From: Lama glama
Lineage: Eukaryota
Direction of reading: 5' to 3'
Length of the DNA: 64,000 bases
Assembly (NCBI GenBank): GCA_028534125.1
Contig: CM052817.1
Location: forward strand, 52,082,001 to 52,146,000
In this document: positions 49,461 through 62,980 of the stretch, one piece after another
How the letters are laid out: each line of letters starts with the position of its first letter
Position numbering within the stretch: the stretch's first letter is position 1
Position numbers and translations under genes: made by a program
The notes under the pieces: model-generated
Told to the model about the DNA's origin: nothing
What the model saw: the letters and a program-made list of their open reading frames with translations, nothing else
The model's database searches: none

Positions 49461-52400
49461 CCACATTCAATTTCTACTGCATAGCCCTGACTTAGTAAAT
49501 AGCTGAGATAGAATTGATTTTTAAGGAATATTCATTGTTTGAAAAGAGAATTATAGTTAAGGTTGATAATTCCTCTAGAGGTTTTACATTTTATATTCAC
49601 AAGTTTGTCATGAAGGTATTTTTAAATTTTACAGATGGGGAAACAGGAAAGTAGATTATTCAGTATGTGGACTTGGAATAATTGCTTAATTGAGGAAAAA
49701 ATGAAAAATAATAGCTGGAGAGATATGCAGTACATTTTAATAGTGATAATCTCTAGGTAGGTAGGGTAATTAGTGATTTTTAAAAAATGTGTACTTTCTG
49801 GCATTTCCCCATCTTTAATGCAAAAAGCATATGCTATTTAATGCTCTATACATATATATGTGAAACAAACCAATAACTAAGTAATATTAGGAGGATAAAT
49901 ACAACAGCTTAAGAAGAAAAAAATATATTATACCTATAAAATTTTGGGATATCCTACAAACTAATCTCCTTTATTCTAGTCTCATATTTTTAATCAACAC
50001 TAATAATAATAATTAATATTTATCCTATCCTCATTATATACCTGTTCAAACTTTAACTCTTCTCTGAGGCCAGCCTTCTTCCTTCTTGCTTTGTAATCTG
50101 TCATATTTCTCATATGCTTAACTTTTACTACTTACTTAGAGTTAATACTGATTAGGTTTTATTCCCTCATCTTAAGTGAGAAAAGCCAAGACCAAAAAAG
50201 TAAATAAAAACATCCTTGGAGTCTGCAGTTAAATGGGTTAGCTTTAATTTCTTTTCTTTTCTCTGTCTCTCTATCATTTTATTAAGTATGTATGTATGGT
50301 TTGTTCTCTAAGACATTCCATAGCCTGATCAAATTATTCCTGCTTTGAAAGAAAAAGAATTCTCTTAGCCATAAATGCAATGATTATCATTAGATAAAGG
50401 ACATCGAGTGAGAGAATGCATTTAACAACTATTTTGCCATATGATGAAATGATCTTTTGAGAGTTTCTTCTTATATTAGACTTCCATCCAAGCTGAGAGT
50501 ATATTAATCTCAATTTTTTCAAGCATTATTTGTTTGAATTACTTTGGTTTTTATCTTTTCAGAGTCAGTTCATACAGAGTTCTCTCTGCTGCCTCCCATA
50601 AATGGACACATGTTTATGGGTGTGTAAATTAGACCTTCTTTTGATTTTTTCATTCACTAGTGAAATAAAATACATATAAGGTAAAAATAACATTAATGAG
50701 AGTATCAATGACTGGCTTTCTGTGAGATTCCTTTCTTTCTTCCTTCCTCACTTTCTTCTTTCCTATAAATAAATACACACATATTCATATCCATATAACA
50801 TTAATATATAAGCATATGCCTTTTTATATGTGCATATACATATGTGTGCAGAAAACTTTTCTTGAACTAAAAACTTTTATAAATGGTGTTATTTAAAGAG
50901 TAAATATAATCTTAGCAAAAGCAATTTGTTTCTACCTATGTCCTCCCAGGATCAATCACCTTTTTTTTTCCTTTACTGAGTAAAAGAATGACCTGCTGCA
51001 GCTTACTACACATCAGTTTCCTGAGATGAAACTTATTAGAATAAGAACATGATGAATTTTCCCATTTCCTTCCATCCAATCAGTCTGTTCATTGTCTGAG
51101 AGCTCACCCGATGACTAAAGATGTCACTTGTTTCTCCCCAGGTTTTCCAGTAGCCTTGTGCTTTAATCCAGCTGCTGCTTTGCATTTGAAAACTAAATCA
51201 GCCTCAATATTTCATAGTCTTTTTGATCTTGGGTTTTATGATAATGAGACTTTGGCTACAGAAACCTCCATTCAGAGAATTCAAACAGATTTTAGCACCT
51301 GTTAGCAGGTGTAAAAAAACAAGTGCCTCATTTAAATTTTTCCATTCTTTTGAGTTTGCTTATCTATAATTAAAACCATTTTGTCCATGAAAAGTGCTCT
51401 AGAAAATGAAGGCAATTCTTATGCATTTTTATTTCTATTGTATTGATGTCTGTCCCTTGAATTGTTAGATTCTTTTCTGTAACTCTCAATTTTTCCATCT
51501 CTAAAATGGGGAGGGAGGACGGGAGAATTAGCAATTTATTGAGTTCATCGGATGAACATTTCTGTAGTAACAAAGTCTTACAAATCTTTTTATAACATTA
51601 GTGTCACTGTTGCAGTGAAAATAACAAAATTTTGGAGTCCAGGGAGAAATGTGCAAGCTCAGTTCAGGACAGTTACCGGGGGCACAGGACACTATTTCTG
51701 AGGTTCTTGTTTATCTTGTCTGGAAAATGAAGTGGACTTGGTAATCGCCATTGCTGCTCTTGAAGCTAAGGTTCTCTATGTTAATGAAGGTAACTTTTTT
51801 TTTAAAAGCTGTTTAACTAGAAAACTCCATGGTATGTTATTGTTATTAACCATGAAAAATCCCAAAATAAAAAAAATTAATCACATTATTAACTATGGGA
51901 AAATCAAGAACCCTATTTTGATTTTCCTTCTTATTATTGAGTGAATAATTCTTCACTAGAATTGCAATTGCAAAAGTATGTTTATATTGTAGTGTAAAAT
52001 TATAAACATTTAAGTATATTCAATACATATTCCATAAATGAGGTAATAAAACATAGTTTGCTCAAGACCTATTTTTAGTATTCTATATTTATTTGTTTTC
52101 TAATAAATCATTGGAAAGCTCATAGTATGTAAATCATTATTAGAGAAATCAATATCATTTTCTATTATAAAAGGAAAATATAAAGACTCTACTTGTTAGA
52201 ATATTTTGAAAATGGAACTAGGAACATAAGATTTGGTCAGAGAGCGAAAAGCTGGCAGTAACATGTAAATAGATTTTGTCTGGGGCTGAGAATAAGGGAG
52301 TCAGATGTGCTAGGAATACAAAGAGATAGATACAGAATTTCTTTCTTTTCTTTTTCTCTTCTTTTCTTTTGATGCTTGACTTAGCAATTTGGCAACAAAA

Positions 52401-52839
52401 GCCAACTTTTTTCTAGAACATCTAAAGACGCATGGCTAAGTTTTTGAAAGATGTTCAAATTGGAACTCTATCTGGGTCTCTAGCACAACATTTAATTAGG
52501 CTGAACACACCCTCCTATTTGACATGTCATCTTGTTTGTATGCACAGTATCTTCCCATTTCATGCTTTCCTCCAGAATTCTCTTTCAGGCTCCTTTACCA
52601 GTTCTCTAGGGCCCAGTTTCCAGCTTTTGTTTCTCATTGTACACATTCTCTAAAAGATACTGCATTCATTCAAAAGCTTCAGTTGCTATTACTTTATGGA
52701 ACAACCCCAATCTTGCATACTATTCAGGCTTTAATCGTTTATATTTGGTTTAAATCTTTGTGGCTGGTTTCAGGGCAAATTTGAATACAAATTATCACAA
52801 AATAGGGAAAAAAGCATATTTTGCAGAATACATTTAAAT

Positions 52840-52960
52840 CTGAGGACAAAAATGATACTTAAGACATTTGAGGATGGTTGAAGTAACAGTGGATATTATC
52901 CTGGAGAAGAATAGATATCCAGAGACATGACAGCAACCTTCAAACAGTTTAATGCAGTAA
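52840..52960 (+). mobile_element. CR1/L3 remnant (probably continuing at about 53380-53600)
   Basis: 'ggatggttgaag...cctggagaagaatag...gacatgacagcaaccttcaaaca'. Confidence 0.5.
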
Positions 52961-53649
52961 TTCTAAGAGAGAAGGTAAAAGCATACATTTCCCTTAAGTG
53001 TTTTTAAAATCTGAAAATAAGGAGAGAAGTATTTTCAAACTGATAATTTTTGAAATCACATTGCTTATTATGAAATTTAAGATGTTAACAAAATGACTCA
53101 ATATTTTTGCTGTTGTTCATTGAAAGCGGGCATAGATTTAGAGTTTGAGATACCTGCCATATGTTATTGGAAGAAGAATTAGAATTTTCTCCTTGTCATA
53201 AAAGTTTCTACCTAAAAACTTTGTTTAGAAGCTACAGTGAAACAAAAATTTTAGAAGCAAAAGGATAAATTGTGTAACAGTCTATGTTTGTAAAGAGTGA
53301 AATATTTTATTGGATAAATATATATACTCCACCATTGAAGGTATTCTACCATATACTGATGATAAATTATAGATTTTTTTCTATCCAAGTGGAGAAGAGA
53401 GGAGAAATTAACCTACACTTGATGCCATACAGGAAGAGGGTAGTATACAGAACAGGTACTATTTGCTGATTTTATCCTCACTGTTCATAATTCAATCTTT
53501 CAAGACAAATAGTAGGGAGATATGCTGTAGAAAAGATACTAGTGTAATAAATGTAAAGCCTTTCTAACATAGAGAAAATATTATTACAGGCCTGAAGACT
53601 TGAAATGTCATCATTAAAAGCCCAAAAGAAGACACTTCTTATATTTTTT

Positions 53650-53800
53650 CCATTAAATTTTATTGAGTACCTACTTAAAGCTAGACTTTATGTTTGGCAT
53701 GTAAACAATGAAAGAAAAGCAAAATACAGACTCTACCATCCAAAAGTTTATCAAGTAGTTGGGTAGGGGGCAAGATGAATAAAAACTTACAATAACAGAA
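53650..53800 (-). mobile_element. L2 3' fragment
   Basis: 'tttattgagtacctact'. Confidence 0.55.
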
Positions 53801-54599
53801 ACAGTTTTACTTCTTTAAATGTATTTAAATGCAGCATAAAGGATGAAAGGTATTTTTCATATGTACTCTCCAGTCAAAACACACACCACATACACACACA
53901 CTCTCATTCCAAGTGTCATTGTGTATGTATGTCTGTGTGTGTGTGTGTAGGCTGGATCATAATGTGCATACAGTTACAACTTTGATAAAAAAGGTATGTC
54001 GGGTTAGGATTTTACAGTAGCTATAGTTTTACTTCACCTTAGATTACAAAACTTCCCTGCCCCTAATGAAAATTTAGATGACAGCTGAACTCTGGTAACC
54101 TTGTTGGCCCTGAGAGTTATATTTTATTTTCCTGCAAACTTAAACTTAGCGTACATATTATGAACTTACAAGATACAAAGATATTTAAGGCTATGAATAG
54201 AAGAATATATTAACAACAGGATTAAACTAATATGCATAATGAATTAGTTCCATGGTATTGAGTTTCAGAATAGACTTAAGTCAAAGAGTAGTGACAAATT
54301 TTGTAATACTACTATTGCAGTTTGCCTATTCTTTGATATATGAAGACTTCAAAATATTAATTCGCATTAAATGTTGGATTTATATTTTTAGGTAATTTAG
54401 TTTATTTTTCATCAAATTTAAAAGTTACAAAAATTAATTTGCAAAATTTAATGTAATAAATTCAGAAATTGGTACAAATTGTTGCAGTTGACTCTTATAT
54501 AGGAATCTTCTTATAAATGACAGTGACTGATAACCAACATAACTGTGAATTAATACAAATGTTTAATTCTTCTATTATATAAAATCCAAGAGGCTTTAT

Positions 54600-55312
54600 T
54601 AAGGACCAATTACAAAATCAAAAAGAAGGAAATACTTTTGTAAATTTAACTAGGCAAAAACTGGGGTAAATCTGTAGGATAGATTCTAACAGTGCCATAC
54701 CAGAGAATGATGAACATAATTTTATAATAACTCAGACTAAAATTACAGGTCTACATGACATGCTGGATATTCTAGATGCAATGTGCTAGCTGAAGCAGCT
54801 GACTACAACTTAAATCCTACCAGGACTGACACCAAATTAAATTAAGATGCCAAAAAACCCTTGAGATAATAGAGCAGGGACTCCAAGGCCATAAAAAGTG
54901 AACAACGTTGAGTGGATTTCTCATATCATCTTATCAATCATCTTCTCAATATTTTCCTAGGGGGGCCTGAAGACATTCCTTTCATCAAGGTATTAAGAAA
55001 TACATTAGTAAAATGAGAGTAAGAATTTTTCAAAGTAACTGTAATGGCCATTCTCTGTAGAGCAGGGATGAAGGCAGAAAATGCTGAAATGAAATGATGG
55101 TAGGGTAGATAGTAGCAGCACTAATTATTCAAGGGAAAATTTCATGGTTTTCTATAATAAGCAGAAATTTGGAGAAGTAACTGATAAAATTAAATTGATT
55201 TATGAACAAATTCATTATAGGGGCTCCAGGACCAGTAAAAAGAAAAAAGGGAAGGCCTATTCTATTTGATCTGAACCAACAACTACAATAATAATTTAAA
55301 TTCTAAGTCTGG
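54600..55312 (+). mobile_element. ERVL gag remnant
   Basis: 'gggcctgaagacattcctttcatcaaggtattaagaaatacattagta' translates GPEDIPFIKVLRNTLV, resembling ERVL gag. 'gttgagtggattt' matches the LEWI motif. Confidence 0.75.
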
Positions 55313-55319
55313 GATGAGT

Positions 55320-56377
55320 GGCATTGGCAAGATGGCAGACTAAGATGCTCTAAATCTTCCTTCCCTCATGGACACACTAAACAAACAACCAACTCTGGCT
55401 TTACTAGTTTATAAGACTTCTAGAAACTCATCAAGGATCTTCAGCAACCAAGGGAATGCCCCATGAAGAAAAAGCTTCCTTCAAAATGGTAGGAAATTTC
55501 ATGGTGTTTTCACTCGCCCTTTCTGCACCTCCTCCCGAGAATGGTTTGCGGGAAGTAGTGGCCTATTCCCAGTACTCTTCCAAGCACCAGAGAGAACAGC
55601 ATGGATGGCATGTGCAATCGTATAACCTCCTTGGCTGTTGCCTGTGTGATTAGTCTCTGTGTCACCTAACTCAGTGTTCAGGTGGCCCAAATTGGCACAG
55701 TTCAAATCTCAGAATTAAGGAAACTGTGGTAAGCAGCTGGCATTGCAAGGGACATACAGACCTAGTTATGTTTGAAGTGAAAGAGTACTAATTTAAGACT
55801 ACAACAGCTAAGGCCCTAAGAAAAAAACGTCATTAAAAAAGTGGGTAAGGATATAGCTTAAGTGGTAGAGTGCATGCTCAGCACCCAAGAGGTCAGGGGT
55901 TCAATCTCCAGTACCTCCTCCAAGTGGAAATCAGTGAAGAAACCTAATTACCTCACCCTCATAAAACAAACAATACAAGCCAAAGACTCTTACGGACATT
56001 AAGGCACTTAAAAACAACAGTGTATATGAAGGAATCAGGCAAAAACAAAAAACAAAAAACATACAGAGGCCCAGGGAAGAGTCATGTCCAGAAATGCCTG
56101 AGAAGACCATAAGCCTTCACTTATATGAGGTACCTAGAGTAGTCAAATTCACAGAGACACAAAGTAGAATGGTGGCTACTAGGAGCTTAGGGGGAAGGAG
56201 TAACGACGAGTTATTGTTTAATGGGTATGCAGTTTGGGAAGATGAAAAAGTTCTGGAGATGGATGGTGATGATGGTGGCACAACAATGTGAAAGTACTTA
56301 ATGCCACTGAACTATGTACTTAACAGTGGATAGAAAAAATGGTAAACTTTATGTTATGTGTATTTTATCACAATAAG
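55320..56377 (+). mobile_element. Old L1: 5'-UTR-like segment fused directly to an L1MB-type 3' end
   Basis: Starts 'ggcaagatggcagactaag' (L1 5' motif). From about 56115, 'cacttatatgaggtacctagagtagtcaaattcacagagaca...ttttatcacaataa' is an L1MB 3' end. Confidence 0.75.
55843..55975 (+). mobile_element. tRNA-derived SINE, Vic-1 type (camelid), more diverged copy
   Basis: 'gatatagcttaagtggtagagtgcatgctcagcacccaagaggtcaggggttcaatctccagtacctcc...aacctaattacctc'. Confidence 0.9.
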
Positions 56378-57170
56378 AATATCTAGCTTTGTTGAAAAGA
56401 GGCATCACTTGAGTCGTTGTAATAAGGTCACTGTGATCATACCTTTCCAAGATCTGGACTATTTGTAGACTCAGAGTTCCTGCAGTAAAGGGTGGCTGTG
56501 TAACTTAAAAAAGAACTATATAATAAAATAACTGGGGCCACAAATCTTGCTTCTATTCATCCCTGGAGAGTCATCTTTCAAGTAGCTCAGAAGTTACTGC
56601 ACACTACCTCCAATCTAAAACTATCGCTGGTATTCAGAGTTAAGATCACCACTGTAATCCACTTGGTCAAAATGGAAACTCCTTGAGCTTAGGTGATAGG
56701 TGGGTTTTTACCCAACCCTGTAGTGCAATGAAACTAGTGGGTCCAGACCTATCTTGCTTTTATTTTTCCAGTTTCTTCATATATAGTCAGAATAATTACA
56801 CTCAGCAAATGGGAGAATTTCTACTTTGTGCCTTTATTTGGAGTGAGGGTTGTTGTGGTAGGAATACTTATTGAAAAGCTTTGGAACTCACTGTTTTATA
56901 AAAATAGTAAGCCAAATGCAAACCTGCATCCCTTGTAATTTTGCAGTGATTATCGCCATCCTCAAAAATTTGAAAATACAGGGGTGGATGGGGATTTCCA
57001 TTATACTCTCATTTAGCTTATCTTTGCAGTAAGACAGATGGGTCCTGGAAGAAAATAGTGGATTAGTGCACATTATACCAGGTGGCATCTTCCACTGCAG
57101 CTATTATTGCAGATGTGGTATCTTTACTAGAGTAAATCAGTACAGCTCTTGGTACTTGTTATTCAGGTTT
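56378..57170 (+). mobile_element. ERVL gag-end, protease and RT N-terminal remnant
   Basis: 57031-57165 translates KTDGSWKKIVD*CTLYQVASSTAAIIADVVSLLE*ISTALGTCYS, resembling the start of ERVL RT. Confidence 0.85.
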
Positions 57171-57191
57171 TATAATTGTTGATAAATTTTG

Positions 57192-57475
57192 TGTGATAGA
57201 TCATTATAGTAGTGACCCCTAACAAATCTCTCTCTTCCTTTATTTAATGCCTTCATTCGTTAACTCTGGTCTTCACCATTGTGACTTGTTTAGGCCAATG
57301 GGATAGTAGCAAAAATGACTCAATGACAAGGCTTGACAAATCCTTGTACATTAGGGTTTGCCCTCTCTTGCTTGTTGCTTTTGAGAACTGGTCACAGTGC
57401 AAAGAAGCTTTGGCTAGTTTACTAGAGACATGTGGGCCAGACAAAGGCCAGCATCAATTTCCATACATGGCCATT
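57192..57475 (+). mobile_element. MaLR LTR (MLT1F-H group), partial
   Basis: 'tgtgacttgtttaggccaatgggatagtagcaaa...cttgtacattagggtttgccctctcttgc'. Confidence 0.75.
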
Positions 57476-57479
57476 AAGA

Positions 57480-60400
57480 CTGAACAAAATTATATGAGAT
57501 AATGATTTTCAGAAATTGAAAAAAATGGTAAAGCAAGGCTGTGATCCTAGAAAGAATGAAAGAATGGATCAAAAAAGGTCAGCCCTATGATCTCATAACT
57601 TTCCAATTTTATGTGTGGTGCAAAGACACCTCCTCAGACTGCAAAGCAGGCACACAGTTTCCAAAGCAAAGTTGGTCTTGTGTTTCTCTGAGGTGAGAAG
57701 ACAGAGATAAAGTTATTACATAATAAAGCAGTTAGAATGGTAGGGCAGAGTACCAGAGAGAAAATGTTTATCAGGAAGAGATCAAGACATTTTCATAAGA
57801 GTTTCTTTGATTTGATTTTTTAATGAATTTTAATCTGTGCAAATATAGGGTTAATTTCCATGAAGCCAGATACAGAATAACTTTCAAAGAAAGAACAGGA
57901 AGCCATGTGCCTAACCATTCCCAGAGTTCACTCAGGGCTCAGAAAAGTACCAGGCAGAATAATTACTGAAGCTCACACAGGGCTGGGGATAGTTTATGTT
58001 TATACAAATGAAAGTAGAAAAACCAAATAATACATGGGCAGAAGTCTCTGAATTATACCAACTTAGTAGTAAGATTTTATTTATTACCTCTTGACTAAAA
58101 ACTATTCTGGCCCTTTGCTAACAAAGTAGAAACACAGTTTTAGAAATAATTGAAATAATATGAGAAAACTCATCCAAACACAAGAGTAAAATCAAACATG
58201 ATTTAAAGGACTCTATCAAAATCCAACAACTGACAGTTAAAATCTGCAAAGTACAGCCTTAAACTGAGAAAACGATGACAACCAAGCAAGTAGCAGAGAA
58301 ATCTATAACCATGAAAAACACCATTCAGTTTAAATCAACACAAAAATGACAAGAGATGATGAGAAGACTGGGATATTATATGCTTAAAAGTTTCAAGAAG
58401 TTAGAGGAAACACATGACTGATGAAGAGAAAAATGGAAGATACATAAAAGATAAAAATGCAATTTCTAGAGATTAAAAATAAAATATCTTAAATTACAAC
58501 TATACTGGAATTAATAAAGACAGAGTAGAGACAAAGAGAAAAAAAGATCATAGAAATAAAAAAATTAGAAACTATCTAAAGTCAAATATAGAGAGACAAA
58601 AGATGGAAAAAAAAAACACCCCAAAACAGAGCAGCTGTGAACTGTGAAACAGTATTATTCAGACTAGCATGCATGAAACCAAAGTCTCAGAAGAAGATGA
58701 AAATGAGGGAGAAAAAAATATATATTTGATCAGCAATTGATGTTGGGCAGCTGATGAACTGGACAGCTGTATGTAAATCAATGAAGTTAGAGTACTCCCT
58801 CATACCATACACAAAAACAAACTCAAGATGGCTTAAAGATTTAAACATAAGGTAATACACTATAAACCTCTTAGAAGAAAACATAGACAAAACATTATCT
58901 GACATAAACCTTAGCAATGTTCTCCTAGGGCATTCTACCCAGGCAATAGAATTAAAAATAAAAAATAAACAAATGGGACCTAATTAAACTTACAAGCTTT
59001 GCCCAGCAAAGGAAACCATAAGCAAAACAGAAAGACAACTTACCGAATGGGAGAAAATATTTGCAAAAGATGAGACTGATAAGGACTTAATTTCCAGAAA
59101 ATATAAACAGTTCATACAACTTAATAACAAAAAACAAACAACACAATCCAAAATGGGCAGAAGACCTAAACAAGCAATTCTCCAATGAAGACATACACAT
59201 GGCCAATAGGCACATGAAAAATGCTCAATATCACTAATTATCAGAAAAATGCAAATCAAAACTACAGTGAGGTATCACCTCACACCAGTCAGAATGGCCA
59301 TCATTCAAAAGTCCACAAATGATAAATGCTAGAGAGGGTGTGGAGAAAAGGGAACCCTCCTACTTTTCGTGGAAATGTAGTTTGGTGCAGCTATTATGGA
59401 AGACAGTATGGAGATTCCTTAAAAGACTAAAAATAGACTTACCATATGATCAAGCAATCCCACTTCTGGGTATATATCTGAAGGCAACTTTAATTCAAAG
59501 AGATATGTATACCCCAATGTTCATAGCATATACAATATACAATAGCCAAAGCATGGAAACCACCTAAATGTCCATCAACAGATGGCTGGTTAAAGAAATT
59601 GTGATATATTTATACAATAAAATACTACTCAGCCATAAAAAATAGTAAAATAATATCATTTGCAGCAACATGGCTATATCTGGAGATCACCATTCTAAGT
59701 GAAGTAAGCCAGAAAGAGAAAGAAAAATACCATGCGATATCACTTATATGTGGAATCTGAAACAAACAAACTTATTTACAAAATAGAAATAGACTCACAG
59801 ACATAGAAAACAAACTTATGGCTATCAGGGGTTGAAGAGGGTACGAAGGGATAAATGAGGAGTTCGAGATTTGCAGATACTAATATATATATAAAATAGA
59901 TAAACAGCAAATTCATACTGTATAGCATAGGGAAATATATTAAGTATCTTGTAGTAACTTAACAGTGAAAAAGAATATGAAAACAAATCTATGTATGTTC
60001 ATATATGACTGAAGCATTATGCTGTACACTAGAAACTGACACAACATTGTAAACTGACTATACTTCAATAAAAAAGTGAACAAAGTTAAACAGAAATATA
60101 TATATTTGAAGAAATTATAACCAAATAATATTCAAATTTTATGAAAATTTAAAACCCACAGATCCAACAATCTCAACAAAAGCAAACAGAATATAAAGAA
60201 AATCACATCAATGTACATAAAAATCAAACCCTAAACACAAGATAAGGAGAAAATCTTAAAAGCAGCAAAAACTTATTAAGCATTAACTATTCAAGACAAG
60301 ATCAAAGATAAGAATGACTGCACTATTTATATCAGAAATTGTATAAGCCAGAGGAGAAAAGAAAGATATATCTTTAATTTATTAAAGGAAAATAGTTAAT

Positions 60401-61140
60401 CTAGGTTTCTCCAACCAGCAAAAAAACATTTTTCATTATTGAATGTGAAATAAGGATTTTTCAGATAAATGGCAGCTGAAAGAATTAATCATCAGTAAAA
60501 TGACACTAAAAGAAATGTGAAAGGAAGTACTTCAGGCAGAAGAAAAATGACACCATATGTTAATTTAAATCTCCATGAATGAATGAGGAGTGCTGATAAT
60601 GGAAAATATGTGGATATATTTTTCCTAATTTTTTATGTTTTTTAAAAAATAAATGAGCAATGTAAAAGCTATGTATCATGAGGTTTATAATATATATGGA
60701 TGTGATATATATGACAACAATAGCACAAAGTATGGTGGAGGATATAAAAGTGTTCCACTGTGAGACTCATTAAACATGAAGTGGTATAATATTATTTGAA
60801 AATAGACTTTGAAAAGTTTAGTATATTGCTAAACCAAGAATATCTCCAAAATTAAAGAAGATATGAATAATAAACCAAAGGTGAACATAAAATAAAATCA
60901 TTACAAAAATCCAATAGAAGTCCAGAAAACCCCCACAAAAATAGGTGGAAATGACAGAAAGCAAATAGCAAGGTAGTAGATTAAAATCTAAATTTATGGA
61001 TTATTACATTAAGTGTTAATTTTCTAAACTTCACAATTAAAGGCACAGATTGTGAGATAAGATATAAACCAAGACACAACTATAGACTGTCTACAAGAAA
61101 ACAGCTTAGAAATATAAAATACATAGATAAAACATAAAGA
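57480..61140 (+). mobile_element. Old L1 5' region, ORF1 and start of ORF2, split by a younger L1
   Basis: A-rich ORF1-like sequence ('gagaaaatcttaaaagcagcaa', 'aaggaagtacttcaggcagaag') and ORF2 start 'ttacattaagtgttaat...caattaaaggcacagattg'. Confidence 0.75.
58730..60090 (+). mobile_element. Younger 5'-truncated L1 (ORF2 C-terminus plus 3' UTR)
   Basis: ORF 59319-59567 carries WRFLKRLKIDLPYDQAIPLLGIY. 3' end 'gactatacttcaataaaaa'. TSD atatatatttga at 58718-58729 and 60098-60109. Confidence 0.96.
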
Positions 61141-61144
61141 GTGA

Positions 61145-61800
61145 GTTTCAACTTCTAGTAAAGATAGAGTTATAGTAAATAGTTCTCCCTTTCCTCATAA
61201 AACAGGCAAAATGAAGGATGAAACAAATGAAATAATGGACCTCAAGAAATTGGACAGCAGGAGAATGATCCCTAAATGATGAGAAATAAAACAGTTAAGC
61301 TGTTAGATTGTCAGCTTAGTTCCTGGAGAATGTTTCTAAGTCATGATCCGGAGAAAGGCTACCAGGCAAAGATTATCAGATTTCTGACTTTAGGAGGTTG
61401 GGCTGGAATTGTGGGGATGACAAAATAGCAAGAGTTCACAGAGCAGAGTATCAGAAAGGACAGAGCTTCAAGAAAGAGAACTCTTGAGAACTGTGGAGGG
61501 TGCCCTTTGGACATTTAGCTGACTACTGATCACCACATGTATGTGAGGAAACTATCCAAGGCTAGGAAAAGAACTATCTGACAGGAATACTGCTTCGAGC
61601 TGTTGTAGGGTCAAAATTAGTGCCTCTTTTCAACAGCCCAGAGTAGAAAAACTCATAATTCAGGGAGTATCATTTAGGACACTAAGCTGGATCTTGCCTT
61701 AGTAATGGGAAAAAATAACTCTAAAGTAAATCTATCTCTGGGCCAACTTACTAATGGTTAAGTAATACACTAAGATATCAAACTGTTTCTGAGTAACTCT
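61145..61800 (+). mobile_element. Old L1 5'-end remnant
   Basis: 'acttctagtaaagatagagt' start, and similarity to 57480-58150 (e.g. 'cagagtatcagaaag' and 'cagagtaccagagag'). Confidence 0.6.
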
Positions 61801-61814
61801 CTATTTGCCACACT

Positions 61815-62980
61815 GGTGTGGTTTTCAGTTCAAAACTTTCCATTTGATTCTTTTGTGTATCTTTTATTTACCTGCTGAAACATTCTACTTTTTCACTTGT
61901 TTCAAGAGTGTTTTTAATTGTTTGTTGAAGTATTTTTATCCTGGCTGCTTTAAAATTTTTGTCAGATAATTCTGTCATCTTTATTATCTGGATATTGACA
62001 TTTATGAATTTTTAAAAATTCAGTTTGAGGTCTTCCTTGTTCTTAGTATGTTGAATTATTTTTTACTGAAAGCTGGATTTTTGTATTATGAGATTCTGGA
62101 TCTTTAAAAAATGTTCATATTTTGCTACTTTTTTCTGATTCTGCTCTGGCAGGAGAAAGGTGATTCTACCTCACTACTACTAGGTAGAGATAAGTCTAGA
62201 TTCCCTACTAGGTCTCTACCTACACCTGCAGGGGTAGGGGGTCTTTTCCTTACTCCTAAGCAGAGATGGAAATACTGGCTTCTCATTCACTCTCCACTGA
62301 CAATTCAGTGGGGAGGACCATTTTAATGCTGGACTGTGATGAAAGTCCTACCTTTTCACTAAGCCTCCTCTGACACCTCTTCAGTGTAAGGAGACCACCT
62401 TGTTACTGCTGGGTGGAGGTGGAATTGTAGGCATGCTATATGTTCTTCACTGACATTGGGGGAGGGCAGTGTCTTATCATCTGCCAAAGGGGATAAATAT
62501 CTCATCTCTTTACTTTGTCTTCTCTGACATCACTATAACAGGTGTTCCATTACAGCCTTGTGAGGCTGGAAGTCTAAGTTTCTGACTTGACCTTAGCTGG
62601 AGTGAGTAGGGATTGGACCAGTTTTGTCTGAAATAGAGGGTATAGTCTAAAAGATTTACATCTATTAGGCTGGTTCTGGTCCTTCACTAGAGAGCATCAC
62701 CCTTTTCTGGTATTTATTTTTGTCCATGCCTATTACATTTCTAGATAGTCAGCTTTGTCAGCTCCAAATCTAGGACACAATTATGAAACAAAATGAAACC
62801 CAAGGTGCTCACAGATGTGTAATTTTTAAGGTCCAAAGGTCATTAACTGGTCTTCTTCACTCTATCTTTAATAGTCTTCTTCTGTTTATTTTATGTATAA
62901 TGTTCAGGGTTTTTAATTGTGCTGGGTGGAAGCAATAAGGAAAAGTGCATCTACTCCGTTTTCCCAGAAGCAGCAGTCTA
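61815..62980 (-). mobile_element. Old L1 5'-end remnant, antisense
   Basis: Ends 'ggaaaagtgcatctactccgttttcccagaagc', the reverse complement of an L1M 5' start. Also 'gctgctttaaaatttttgtcagataattct'. Confidence 0.7.

Noticed and set aside
51120..51310. Acceptor-like 'ttgtttctccccag' followed by a short open frame
   Set aside because: No recognisable homology, and the frame stops before a weak donor.
53878..53948. (CA)-rich tract followed by (TG)-rich tract, a potential hairpin
   Set aside because: Imperfect microsatellites. Complementarity is trivial for low-complexity sequence.
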